Source: Acidobacteriota bacterium (GTDB taxonomy: Bacteria > Acidobacteriota > Vicinamibacteria > Marinacidobacterales > SMYC01). Taken from it: a DNA stretch of 64,000 nt. The stretch covers positions 11,041 through 75,040 of the forward strand of contig SMYC01000142.1 of assembly GCA_004356105.1 (NCBI GenBank), given 5' to 3'. Position numbers and translations under genes: made by a program. How positions within the stretch are numbered: the stretch's first letter is position 1; every line of letters begins with the position of its first letter. Shown piece after piece: positions 27,648-37,075 of this stretch. Below the pieces are notes generated by a model. It was not told where the DNA came from and ran no database searches. It was given only the letters and a program-made list of their open reading frames with translations.

Positions 27648-29492
27648 TTACTCCGCGCCTTTGATGATCTTCCTGATTCGGCTCCGGGCTTCGTCCGCTG
27701 CGCCGGCATCGCCGCGCGCCGTGTGCACCGACAACATCGTCTGGTAAAGCGAAAGCTCGTTCGGCATTCTCACGAGGCCTTCGTCCAGCACCCGTTTGGC
27801 GTCGTCGAGACGATCGCGGGACAGATAGAAGTCGCCTAGATAGACGTAAGGAAGCGGGTCGTCCGGTGCGAGGTTCTTCGCGGCGTTTAGAAGCGCCAGC
27901 GCCCGGTCATCGTCTTCGGCCTCCGACGCCGCGACCGCCCCGTTGAGAAGATTCAGAAGCTGCTCGGAGCGCTGGGCGGCAAGCTCGCTCCTGCGCTCGC
28001 GCTCGGCGAACTCTTCGAGAAGCGCGTTGCGCTCGTCGAGCCGGCCGAGCTTCACCAGCTCCGCGCCGAGGCGGTAGTAAAGTCGCGTCTGCTCCGGGTC
28101 GAGCTCGAGCGCGCGCTGCCAAGAAGCCGCGGCCGCGGCCGGATCGTTCTGGCGCGACTCCACGACGCCTTTCTGGTACCAGGCTTCCGCGTTGTCAGGC
28201 GCCATCGCGATCACGCGGCCGAGGTAGTCGAGCGCGGTCTCGTGCTCGCGCAGGTTGAGATGGACCACACCGAGCTGCAGTAGTGATCCGACGAAGTCCG
28301 GGTTGCGCTCGAGCACCTTGTGGAGCACCGCTTTGGCTTCGTCCCACCGGCCCATCACCGAGAGCAGGTTGCCCCAGTCGTGGTAGAGCTCGGCGCTGTC
28401 TGCTCCCGCTTCCGCCGCGCGCTCATAGGCCGCTTCCGCGGGCTCGTATTCCAGCAGCTCGTGATGGGCGAGGGCCATCAGGTGGTACGCCCGAGGTGCG
28501 AGCTCGGGCACGGTGGCCCCATCGCGCGCGCTTTCCACGACCTGCGCGTGCAGCCGCAGTCGCAGCTCGACCTCGGCAAGAGCGAGCGAGGTCTTGGGGT
28601 TGGGCGCGAGCTCGAGCGAGCGCTCCAAAAGGCGCACCGCGTGCAGGCCAAAAGGATTCGCGGAGCCCGGAGCGAGCGTCTCGCCTTCCTGAAAGAGAAA
28701 CAGACCTTTGAAGTAGTGGGCGGTCGCGAGATCGGGCTCTTTTTCGAGCGCGCGATCGAGGGCGCGCTGCGCCTCTTCGTACTCTCCGAGCCTGCCGAGC
28801 GCCATGCCAAGCCGAAGGTCCGATTCCGCGAGCTGATAGCCGTTCTCGAGGGCCCGTAGCACGTCGTCCGCGGATTCCCGATAGCGCTCCTCCTCGAAGG
28901 CAACGATCCCTCTCAAGAGCCACGCGCGCCCCACTTCCGGATGCTTGGCCACCAGATCGTCGAGGTGAGCCCTGGCCTCGTCGAGCTGCGACAAACGGAC
29001 CTGACAGCGAGCGAGGCCGAGCGCGAAGCGGATGTTCTCGGGCGGGAGAAAGGCGAGGCCCTTCCGGTAGACTTCGGCCGCCTCGTCGAAGCGCTCCAGC
29101 GCCTGCAACGACCGGCCCAGGTTGAACAGCGCCTTTGCCCGGCGGGGCTGCACCGCGAGCGCCGCCCGGAGCGGCGCCACGGCGTCGGCGTGACGGCCCG
29201 ATTGCGCGAGCGCCAGTCCGTAGACGGTGTTGGCGGTGGGGGAGCGATCGGCCTTGGGCACCCCCTGGATCAACGGCTCGATGATCTCGAGCGCGCGCTC
29301 GGGCCGCTCCGTGTTGAGAAACAGGTTCGTCAAGAGCATTTTCGCCTGGACCTCGTCTGGGGCGATGTCGATCGCCTCGCGGAAGGCCTGCTCGGCCTCA
29401 CCCATCCGGCCCGCCTCGAGGGCTTCGAGACCGCGCGCCAGGGTCGCGTCCCAGCTTTGGATCGCGAGCGCGATTGCGAACAGCCACTGCAT
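27648..29492 (-). CDS. Exported tetratricopeptide-repeat protein
   Basis: Short signal peptide then continuous TPR-like helical repeats (ALFNLGRSL, AHYFKG, AWYQKG). Confidence 0.88.
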   Translation of the reverse strand: MQWLFAIALAIQSWDATLARGLEALEAGRMGEAEQAFREAIDIAPDEVQAKMLLTNLFLNTERPERALEIIEPLIQGVPKADRSPTANTVYGLALAQSGRHADAVAPLRAALAVQPRRAKALFNLGRSLQALERFDEAAEVYRKGLAFLPPENIRFALGLARCQVRLSQLDEARAHLDDLVAKHPEVGRAWLLRGIVAFEEERYRESADDVLRALENGYQLAESDLRLGMALGRLGEYEEAQRALDRALEKEPDLATAHYFKGLFLFQEGETLAPGSANPFGLHAVRLLERSLELAPNPKTSLALAEVELRLRLHAQVVESARDGATVPELAPRAYHLMALAHHELLEYEPAEAAYERAAEAGADSAELYHDWGNLLSVMGRWDEAKAVLHKVLERNPDFVGSLLQLGVVHLNLREHETALDYLGRVIAMAPDNAEAWYQKGVVESRQNDPAAAAASWQRALELDPEQTRLYYRLGAELVKLGRLDERNALLEEFAERERRSELAAQRSEQLLNLLNGAVAASEAEDDDRALALLNAAKNLAPDDPLPYVYLGDFYLSRDRLDDAKRVLDEGLVRMPNELSLYQTMLSVHTARGDAGAADEARSRIRKIIKGAE

Positions 29493-29694
29493 GTGCGCAG
29501 TTTACCTGATTCGCTCGGCGCGTACCCGATCCGAAGTTCTCGATTCTGCCGTCGATCGAAAAAAAGGCTCGAGGAAGCGGCCGATTGACGTCAGATCGCC
29601 CTGTCGCTAACGACACCTACCGTGGATTGGCGAACAGGACCCAACACCTTGAATCGAGTGCGTCGCCTCAGCTCTTTGAACACGAGCCTTTGCA

Positions 29695-31755
29695 TCACGG
29701 TAGCAGCTCGTAGCCGGGTTTGGCCTCTACTACCAGAATTCGTTGGTCTGCGGCGACATTATGCAACACCCGGCGGGCGCCAGCGGGCCAACGGATCTCT
29801 AGCTCGTCGGCCGAAGTCGCTTCGCCAAGGCCGAATTCCAAGATCAGGCTGTTCGTCGAGCCAAAGCCCCCGCCAATCGTAACTTCTTGCATTACAAGGG
29901 TTTCGCCGAATCGCACGCGCACTTGCGCCCCCACCGCATCACGGTGGCCCGTCGTTCCCCGCAGCTTGACGTGTAGCCAGTGGTTCGACGTTCCGGGATT
30001 GCGATAGAGCGCGTCGGCTTGGCGGTCCCCGAGAAAAGCACCGCCCGTGGGTACGTAGATGTCGAGATCGCCATCGCCGTCGTAATCGGCGAAGCTCACG
30101 CCGTGCCCTTTGCCGAGATGGTCGACACCCGCCGCGGCGCTGATATCGGTGAAGACGCCGTTACCCCCGTTCAGGAAGAGCTTGTTGGGCTCGAAACGCT
30201 CGATCGCCGGGGCCCCGCATCCGAGATAAATGTCGAGATACCCGTCATTGTCGATGTCGCCGAAGCTCGCCGCCATCGCGCCGAAGTTCTTCGCGAGCCC
30301 AGCGGCTTCGGCGAGCTCCGTGAAGGTCCCGTCCTGATTGTTACGATAGAGCGCGAGCCGGCTCGCCTCGTTCACTGCTGCGCCCGCCCGCGCGCTCCTC
30401 AAGGCTTCTTCCATCTTTGCCGCGAAGCCAACGATGAAGATGTCGAGCCAGCCGTCGTTGTCATAGTCGAAGAAAAATCCCACGAAGCCTTGGTACGGGC
30501 GTGTGATCCCGGCGCTCCGGCTGACGTTCGAGAAGCTCTGTCCTTGATTGTTATGGTAGAGGGCGGGATGGCCGAAGAAGTTAACGACGAGCAAGTCCGG
30601 CCAGCCGTCGTTGTCGTAGTCGCCGAAAGCCGAGCCGATGGAGCGGCCGTGATTCGCCACGCCGTAGCGATCCGCGACTTCGGTAAACGTCCCGTTGCCG
30701 TTGTTGAGAAACAGCTCGTTGGGGCTTCCGCCTTCCGTCGCGACGCCGTTTGCGACGTAGAGATCGAGGTCGCCATCGTGATCGATGTCGGCAAAGGCTG
30801 CGGTGAAGCTGTCGCGGGCGCCTGCGACCCCGGCGCGCTCGGCGACGTCGATGAAGACACCTTCGTCGTTACGATAAAGACTGTTGGGAAGCTCGCCGTC
30901 CCAGCCGTCGCGCGTCACATAGAGGTCGGGGTCGCCGTCATTGTCGTAATCGGCCCAGAGCGCCGACCAGCCGCCTGTCGGATCGAAGAGACCCGAGTCC
31001 ACTGTAATATCTGTGAACGTACCGTTGCCGTCGTTGCGATAGAGTGCGTGTGGATCGTGGATCCCGACAGCAAAGAGGTCGAGGTCGCCGTCGCCGTCGA
31101 CATCGCTCCAACCACTGCCACGGGCGCGGCTATAGCGCGTGATGCCCGAGCGCTCGGCGACGTCTTCGAAAACGATGGGGGACGGGCCGATACCTTCGGT
31201 CGAAAGCTCCAAACGATATTTTGTCGGAAGCGAGGCGGGATCCTCGCCCGCGAATCGCATCGCGAGCGCGAGATTCCAGCGGGGCTCTAGTAGAGACGGA
31301 TTAGCGTCCACCGCACGTTTCAGAATATCGACCGCTTCTCGGTAGCGCTCGAGCCGCATCAGCGTGGCGCCGAGAGAGTACAACGATAGGTAGTAGTCGT
31401 CCTCGGCGGCGAGCATGTGCTGGAGATCCGAGACCGCTTCTTCGTACGCCCCGAGGCGCATACGGACGACGCCACGATAGTGGAACTGTCGGGGGTTTCT
31501 CGGGTCGAGCTCGATGGCCCGGCTCAGGTGGTGGTCCGCCTGTTCGAGGCCAGTCAGGCCCCGCTGGATATAGGCAAGCCCCGCATAAAAATGGGCGTCG
31601 TGGTGGCTCGGGTCGAGCGCAAGCACGTAGAGGAACTGGTCGATTGCCTTGACGTAGAGCTTTTTTCCCAAGAGCTCGTAAGCGTGGTCGAAGTGTCGCT
31701 CCGCCAGCTCCTTGGGCGATTGAGCGAGCAGGGCCAGCAGAAAAAGGATGCGCAT
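29695..31755 (-). CDS. TPR plus CRTAC1-family (FG-GAP and ASPIC/UnbV) protein
   Basis: N-terminal TPRs, DVDGDGDLD/DYDNDG repeats, NHWLHVKL.G...DAVGAQV, GGFGS. Confidence 0.9.
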   Translation of the reverse strand: MRILFLLALLAQSPKELAERHFDHAYELLGKKLYVKAIDQFLYVLALDPSHHDAHFYAGLAYIQRGLTGLEQADHHLSRAIELDPRNPRQFHYRGVVRMRLGAYEEAVSDLQHMLAAEDDYYLSLYSLGATLMRLERYREAVDILKRAVDANPSLLEPRWNLALAMRFAGEDPASLPTKYRLELSTEGIGPSPIVFEDVAERSGITRYSRARGSGWSDVDGDGDLDLFAVGIHDPHALYRNDGNGTFTDITVDSGLFDPTGGWSALWADYDNDGDPDLYVTRDGWDGELPNSLYRNDEGVFIDVAERAGVAGARDSFTAAFADIDHDGDLDLYVANGVATEGGSPNELFLNNGNGTFTEVADRYGVANHGRSIGSAFGDYDNDGWPDLLVVNFFGHPALYHNNQGQSFSNVSRSAGITRPYQGFVGFFFDYDNDGWLDIFIVGFAAKMEEALRSARAGAAVNEASRLALYRNNQDGTFTELAEAAGLAKNFGAMAASFGDIDNDGYLDIYLGCGAPAIERFEPNKLFLNGGNGVFTDISAAAGVDHLGKGHGVSFADYDGDGDLDIYVPTGGAFLGDRQADALYRNPGTSNHWLHVKLRGTTGHRDAVGAQVRVRFGETLVMQEVTIGGGFGSTNSLILEFGLGEATSADELEIRWPAGARRVLHNVAADQRILVVEAKPGYELLP

Positions 31756-31912
31756 CTTGCGATTGGGAGTCTAGCGAACGCGGGCCATAAAATCCACGAG
31801 CGCATCCCGAGATAACGGACTCGAGAATCCGAGAAAACAGAAGGCTTGCGCCGGAGCCTTTAACCGCCCCTGACACCAACCCTGCGCTCGCCGAGCTGAT
31901 AAGCTGAACAAC

Positions 31913-33229
31913 ATGTCGGACCCGCCAGTGCCTCGTCTCGAGCTTCACATTCGCTCGCCCGAGATCACGCTCAAAGGAAGGAATCAAAGTGATTTCTGGT
32001 CTCAGCTTCGCGGGAACATCCGCCATACGCTCCGTAGCGAAGGCATCTCCTGGCCGATGCAGCGGCGACAAGGCCGTCTCTACGTGGAAGCGCAGGATTA
32101 CACCGAAGCGTCTCTGAAGTCTGCGGTGAGGACGATCGATCGAGTATGCGGGGTCCATTCTGTAGCCGTGGCTGAACGCCTCGCCCGCGACGAGCTCCTC
32201 CGCGATGGCGAGCTCGACCGTCCACGCGTCGAGTCCATCGTCGTCCGGCTCGCGCGTGAGAGCTATCGCGCTCAAAAGACCTTTGCTGTACGCGTGCATC
32301 GGGTCGACAAGAAATTTTTGTTGTCGTCGGCCGAGATGGAGCGCTGGCTAGGACAAGTGGTTCGGGATCGGACTGAATGGGAGCGCGTGCGGCTCGACGA
32401 CCCGGATATGACGATCCATGTGGACATCTACACCGACGCGGCTTTCTTCTACACCGAGCGACCGAGGGGCATCGGAGGGCTCCCGGTGGCTTCGAGCGGC
32501 CACGTCGTAAGCTTGCTTTCGGGCGGGATCGATTCCCCGGTCGCGTCTTTCCTGTTGGCTCGGCGAGGCTGCACCGTCGATTTTTTTCACATGAGCGCGA
32601 CCCACATGACGGAGGGAGAGCTCGAACGCTCGGTCCCCGGACGTCTCGCGCAAAAGCTCAGCCGCTTCACGTTGCGCTCGCGCCTCTTTGTCGTGCCCTA
32701 TACACATTTCGATCTTGCGCTCCGTGGAAAAAACACGGGTTATGAGACCGTGCTCTTTCGTCGTTTCCTCTTCCGGGTCGCGGAGGCGCTCGCTCTAAAA
32801 ACGCGAGCGATCGCGATCGTGACGGGGGATAGCCTTTCTCAAGTCGCGTCGCAGACGATCGAGAATCTTGTCTCCAGCGAAAAGGCTGTCGCCATCTCGG
32901 TGCTGCGTCCACTCTTGGCTATGGACAAGCAAGCGATCATGAAGGTCGCGGAGCAAATCGACACTTACGCGATTTCGATCGAGCCCTACAAAGATTGCTG
33001 CGCGCTCTTTACCCGACGCACCCGAACCAAGACCTATGACGAAGTCCTCACCCGGATGGAGACGAAACTGTTCCCGGATTACGAGGCATTAATCGCTTCT
33101 TCTCTCGCCGACATTCTTCGAGTGCAATATGACTGCGGAAAGCTTCTCTCGACCGAGCACGGTGTCGACGCGCTCGGGGCGGAGGCCGCGATAGAGGCGT
33201 CGCGGCTCGATAGTGTTTCCAAGAGCTGA
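31913..33229 (+). CDS. thiI: tRNA 4-thiouridine synthase ThiI (THUMP plus PP-loop, no rhodanese domain)
   Basis: TLKGRNQ, TFAVRVHRVDK, GIGGLPV, LLSGGIDSPVA, GDSLSQVASQT, RPLLAMDK, KDCC. Confidence 0.9.
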   Translation: MSDPPVPRLELHIRSPEITLKGRNQSDFWSQLRGNIRHTLRSEGISWPMQRRQGRLYVEAQDYTEASLKSAVRTIDRVCGVHSVAVAERLARDELLRDGELDRPRVESIVVRLARESYRAQKTFAVRVHRVDKKFLLSSAEMERWLGQVVRDRTEWERVRLDDPDMTIHVDIYTDAAFFYTERPRGIGGLPVASSGHVVSLLSGGIDSPVASFLLARRGCTVDFFHMSATHMTEGELERSVPGRLAQKLSRFTLRSRLFVVPYTHFDLALRGKNTGYETVLFRRFLFRVAEALALKTRAIAIVTGDSLSQVASQTIENLVSSEKAVAISVLRPLLAMDKQAIMKVAEQIDTYAISIEPYKDCCALFTRRTRTKTYDEVLTRMETKLFPDYEALIASSLADILRVQYDCGKLLSTEHGVDALGAEAAIEASRLDSVSKS

Positions 33230-33264
33230 CATCGCCGGTCGATATTGGAGATAATGCCGGAGCG

Positions 33265-33825
33265 ATGTCGCTTCTAGGGTTCGCCAAATGGCTCGCGGAG
33301 ACGCAGTGGAGCATAGCGCTTCACGAATCGCTTTGGGTCTATCCCCTCGTCGAATCCACCCATGTGTGGGCGCTGGCATTGTTCTTCGGCTTCGCGACGG
33401 TTCTGGATTTACGACTATTGAGCCTCGCTTTGACGCAGGTCCCGGTCTCTGAAGTAGCAAAAAGACTCTTGCCTTGGACGATCGCGGGTTTCATCGTGAT
33501 GATCGTCACCGGCGCGCTCCTGTTCTACGCGATCCCCGTCCGGACCTATCAGAGCATCTTCTTTCGAGTGAAGGTGTTCCTACTTATAGTCGCCGGCATC
33601 AATGTGTGGGTGTTTCACTCGACGATTTGGCTGCGCGTTGCTGAGTGGGATCGGGATCCCGTGACGCCTAAAAGGGCGCGATTTGCGGGTGCGGCCTCGC
33701 TCGTTCTCTGGGTGTGTATCATTTTCGCGGGGCGCATGATCGCCTATAATTGGTTCGACTGCGATCGGCAGCCGCAGCCCCCGATCGTCAACTGGGCGGC
33801 CGGATGCGTTGTGGAGCCGGAGTGA
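33265..33825 (+). CDS. DUF6644-like four-TM membrane protein (copy 1)
   Basis: ESLWVYPLVESTHVWAL, DLRLL, TGALLF, FRVK, IFAGRMIAY. Confidence 0.8.
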   Translation: MSLLGFAKWLAETQWSIALHESLWVYPLVESTHVWALALFFGFATVLDLRLLSLALTQVPVSEVAKRLLPWTIAGFIVMIVTGALLFYAIPVRTYQSIFFRVKVFLLIVAGINVWVFHSTIWLRVAEWDRDPVTPKRARFAGAASLVLWVCIIFAGRMIAYNWFDCDRQPQPPIVNWAAGCVVEPE

Positions 33826-34298
33826 TGCTTCTCCCGCTCTTCGAATGGTTCGAGCTCACGACGGTGGGCGAGATAATCCGTACTTCGACGTGGCTGTTTC
33901 CCTTCATCGAGGCGTTTCACCTCGTTGCCTTCGGAGTTGTCGGAGGCGCCGTGCTCCTCGTAGATCTCCGCCTGATTGGGCTTGCGTTTCGATCGCAACC
34001 CGTCGCGCAGGTTGCGCAGGAGATGAAACCGTGGCTGCAGCGAGGCGTAGCTGTTGCTGTCGTCTCCGGGAGCTTGCTCTTCGTCTCCGAATCCGTGAAG
34101 TGCTACTACAGCGAAGCGTTCTGGATAAAGATCACGGGCCTCTTCTTCGCACTCATCTTCACCTTTACGATTCGCCGCAAAGTATCGATGGCGGAAGCCG
34201 GAAGCATCGGCCCTGTCTGGGGCCGGGTCGTCGGTGTCGTTTCGATCGGGCTCTGGGCGACCGTCGCTTGGGGCGGACGCTGGATCGGCTTTTCCTAG
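33825..34298 (+). CDS. DUF6644-like four-TM membrane protein (copy 2)
   Basis: STWLFPFIEAFHLVA, DLRLIG, SGSLLF, FWIK, WGGRWIGF; ATG overlaps the stop of copy 1 (TGATG). Confidence 0.8.
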   Translation: MLLPLFEWFELTTVGEIIRTSTWLFPFIEAFHLVAFGVVGGAVLLVDLRLIGLAFRSQPVAQVAQEMKPWLQRGVAVAVVSGSLLFVSESVKCYYSEAFWIKITGLFFALIFTFTIRRKVSMAEAGSIGPVWGRVVGVVSIGLWATVAWGGRWIGFS

Positions 34299-34310
34299 CT
34301 TAGCTGCTCG

Positions 34311-34769
34311 CTAACGGTTGTTGGGCTTTTTCTTTTGCGGCGGCTCCTTGGGATCCGCTCCGTCCCGGGGTGCACCCGTGCCCGACGAGCCCAGGAAGAG
34401 CTTCCGTCCGTCCGGGAAAGTCACGTTGCGCCCGTTGGCCCGATTCGAGCGGTCTTTGCTTTGGTAGCCGTCGACGATGATCACCGTACCTGGCTTCAAC
34501 GAGTCCTTCGTGACGCCGCGTCTCAAGAGCGTGTTGGGCGTCCCTCCTTCGACCATCCACGACTCCGTCTTGCCGTCTTCGGTCGTCACGTCGAGGTGGA
34601 TCCAGGCATGCGGGTTGACCCACTCGACTTTCGTCACCGGCCCCTCCAATAAGACGGGCCGGTTGGGATCGAACTCTGCCCCGAAGGCGTGATGAGCCAC
34701 GACTGGCAGAGCCGCGGCGAGGAGTAAAGCGAATACCGCAAGGATGACGACGGCTAGTTTATCGCGCAT
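34311..34769 (-). CDS. DUF6152-like exported protein
   Basis: Signal peptide ending VVA, then HHAFGAEFD, EGPVTKVEWVNPHAWIHLDV, WMVEGGTPNTL, GW/GV...PG, DGYQ. Confidence 0.8.
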   Translation of the reverse strand: MRDKLAVVILAVFALLLAAALPVVAHHAFGAEFDPNRPVLLEGPVTKVEWVNPHAWIHLDVTTEDGKTESWMVEGGTPNTLLRRGVTKDSLKPGTVIIVDGYQSKDRSNRANGRNVTFPDGRKLFLGSSGTGAPRDGADPKEPPQKKKPNNR

Positions 34770-35830
34770 GGGTGCTTACCTCTTTTTTTCTCCTCGGCTT
34801 CGGCTTCGAGTAGCCGGGCGCCTCTGAGGATGTTTCCGAGAGCGTAATTGGCTTCGTGGCAGGCATATTCGTACATCGCGTCATCCGTCGCCACCCACGG
34901 ATATTCGCCGCTCCACGTTGTTTCCCAAGTTTCGGGATCGTGGATCGTGAACTGATAGAGGACCGTATTCTCGTCGACGCGCGTGAAGCGTTCCACCACG
35001 TGCAGGTTCTCTGAAGCGCCGCGGAATGCGGTCTTGTCGGTAAAGTTCGTCGTGTCCACGACGAGCGTGTCACCTTCCCAATGGCCGACCGAATCACCCA
35101 TCCACTTCCGGATCTCCTTCGGTGCGTGCTCTCGGTTCAAAGGGATGATGCGCGCGTCGTGAACCATCTCGACGAGGATGACGACGTAGTCCGGAGTCTG
35201 AACGATGCGCTTGAAGTTGTTGTAGAGCACGGGCAAGGAAGGCGGTCCTGACGAAGAGCCGAAAGCGAGCAAGCAGCGCTCGCCGAGCGGGCGCCCTTCG
35301 GGGTTGTCGTACGGGCCGGGCCCTGGCCGGTCGAGCCACCAGGCTTCGCCGGTGTTCTTCCCAAAAAGGCTGACCCAAGCGGCGCGCCGCTTCTTGCCAG
35401 CCGGGGTCATTTCCGGGACGCGGCCGTTTTTCGGCTCGACGATGATAGAGGTGCGGAATTTGCCCTCGAGCGTAAAGGCTTCGGTGCCCCGATCGATCCA
35501 GAAGTTGTTATATCCGCCCACGTTGCCGGCCGCGCCGGGCGAGCCGTCGCCGCCAAGCGGAGGCGCGTCGCGTTCCACCTCACTCGGCAGCGCGAGCCTC
35601 TCCGTGCGCGCGGCCTCTTTGGCGCGAATGGACTCCGCCTCTTCCGGGGTCAGGAGCAGTTTGTCGCCGAGCTCGACGGGCCGCTCCAGAGGCGTCAAGG
35701 TCGCCGTGTCGTACATTCCGGAGAGGTCCGGACGGCCGTCGGGGGTCCGAGGGATCTTCTTGGCTTCCTGAGGCAGTAATGCTTTGGCGACGACGAGTGC
35801 CGCGATCAGGAACGTGAGTCGAGCGCGCAT
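34754..35830 (-). CDS. Exported hypothetical protein (PRxxDGxPDLxG family)
   Basis: Signal peptide, PRTPDGRPDLSG, ERCL, WMGDSVGHWEGDTLVVDT, VVERFTR, YEYACHE. Confidence 0.85.
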   Translation of the reverse strand: MRARLTFLIAALVVAKALLPQEAKKIPRTPDGRPDLSGMYDTATLTPLERPVELGDKLLLTPEEAESIRAKEAARTERLALPSEVERDAPPLGGDGSPGAAGNVGGYNNFWIDRGTEAFTLEGKFRTSIIVEPKNGRVPEMTPAGKKRRAAWVSLFGKNTGEAWWLDRPGPGPYDNPEGRPLGERCLLAFGSSSGPPSLPVLYNNFKRIVQTPDYVVILVEMVHDARIIPLNREHAPKEIRKWMGDSVGHWEGDTLVVDTTNFTDKTAFRGASENLHVVERFTRVDENTVLYQFTIHDPETWETTWSGEYPWVATDDAMYEYACHEANYALGNILRGARLLEAEAEEKKRGKHPCAIN

Positions 35831-35846
35831 CGGCCTAGCTCCTCCA

Positions 35847-36698
35847 CTACCGGCTGAGCGGCGTCTTGCGGAACTCGCCGTACATCATCTCTTCGACGAA
35901 CTCGACGCACTTGAACTCCATCAACTGCGCGCTCGACTCGATCCGTCGATAGAGTGGCATGCTGATCTTCCACGGCCGCTCGAAGATTTTCGGGTCTTCG
36001 ATCGTGGCTTCGTACAGTAGGTGGTCAGGCCCGGTCCGCGTATAGCGCTCCACGACACGGAGCTCTTCACTGTGGAAATTCCCAGAGCGGTCGAACCACG
36101 TTTGGTCGTTCTGACCAGTGACCTCGACGACAAAGGTCTCGCCTTCCCAGTGTCCGACGGATTGCCCCATCCAGGAATCAATGGGCGGAGGTCCGGGGTC
36201 TTCGAGATAGATATCGCGCACGGCACCAGCATAGGTATAGGCGATGAAAAACGAGTTGTGGCTCTGAAAAATCTGGAAGGGGTAAGGCATATAGGTCGCC
36301 CGCGGAACACCCGGCAAGTAGCACTTGATCTCCGGGTCGCGGTCGAGCCAGTTCTCGCGATTTTCCTTTTGCTTCGCGAGCGCCGCGGGTTTGTACGGGA
36401 TCTCGCCGCCTTCGATCACCCCGAATCCGCCGGGCACAGCACCGACGGCACCGAGCGCGAGCACGCCGTCCGCGGGAACAGGGCGGACGGGGCCCTCGCG
36501 AAACGCCATGGCCGCGCGCGCCATATGGGTGGCGAGGTCGTAATGCGCCTCGTTGAGCGCCTGCCAAATGCCGTTCAAATCGGGATGCCCGTCCGCGGCG
36601 CGGGGTGCGGTGTAGGCGGGTCGCTCCTGTCCCGTTTCGGACGCCGCGGGAGCGTTTGGGGCGAGGGCGAGAAAGGCAAACCCCATCAACAAAGACAT
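35847..36698 (-). CDS. Exported hypothetical protein, paralog of 34754-35830
   Basis: PRAADGHPDLNG, KCYLPGVPR, WMGQSVGHWEGETFVVE, VVERYTR, MEFKCVE; AGGAGG RBS. Confidence 0.85.
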   Translation of the reverse strand: MSLLMGFAFLALAPNAPAASETGQERPAYTAPRAADGHPDLNGIWQALNEAHYDLATHMARAAMAFREGPVRPVPADGVLALGAVGAVPGGFGVIEGGEIPYKPAALAKQKENRENWLDRDPEIKCYLPGVPRATYMPYPFQIFQSHNSFFIAYTYAGAVRDIYLEDPGPPPIDSWMGQSVGHWEGETFVVEVTGQNDQTWFDRSGNFHSEELRVVERYTRTGPDHLLYEATIEDPKIFERPWKISMPLYRRIESSAQLMEFKCVEFVEEMMYGEFRKTPLSR

Positions 36699-36708
36699 CG
36701 GTCCTCCT

Positions 36709-36763
36709 GAATCACTGTGATTCGGCCGAAGGCTACTCTGACATCAGAGCGCCGGACCGTCAA
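36709..36763 (-). promoter_or_regulatory. Putative promoter (TTGACG-17-CAGAGT) with two palindromes
   Basis: GAATCAC-T-GTGATTC (36709-36723) abutting the RBS, and CTCTGA-CA-TCAGAG (36736-36749) overlapping the spacer and -10. Confidence 0.5.
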
Positions 36764-36797
36764 GGTGCCGGGTTTGCCCACGGCGCTAGACTGAATC

Positions 36798-37073
36798 ATG
36801 GCTCGGTTGGTGTTGGTCGCGGCTTTTGTCGCCTTCGTCGTCTGGCTCTTTTCGAGCTCTTTCATTTTTCGAATCGAGTTCAAGGGCGGCATCATCCAAT
36901 CGGTGCGCGGCAAGGTGGCTGGGCCGCTCCGACGCGGCTTCGAAGAGGTCGCCCGTCATGCGGGCATCACCGGCACGGTGTCGTTATATCCCGGCCGGAT
37001 CTTGAAATTTTCACGCGGCGTTCCCGCAGACGATCGGCAGCGCTTTCAAAACGTGTTGTCGTTCCTTCTTTGA
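36798..37073 (+). CDS. Small membrane-anchored protein, DUF3634-like
   Basis: N-terminal TM, FRIEFKGG...RGKV...FEEVA...ITGTV pattern. Confidence 0.6.
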   Translation: MARLVLVAAFVAFVVWLFSSSFIFRIEFKGGIIQSVRGKVAGPLRRGFEEVARHAGITGTVSLYPGRILKFSRGVPADDRQRFQNVLSFLL

Positions 37074-37075
37074 CG

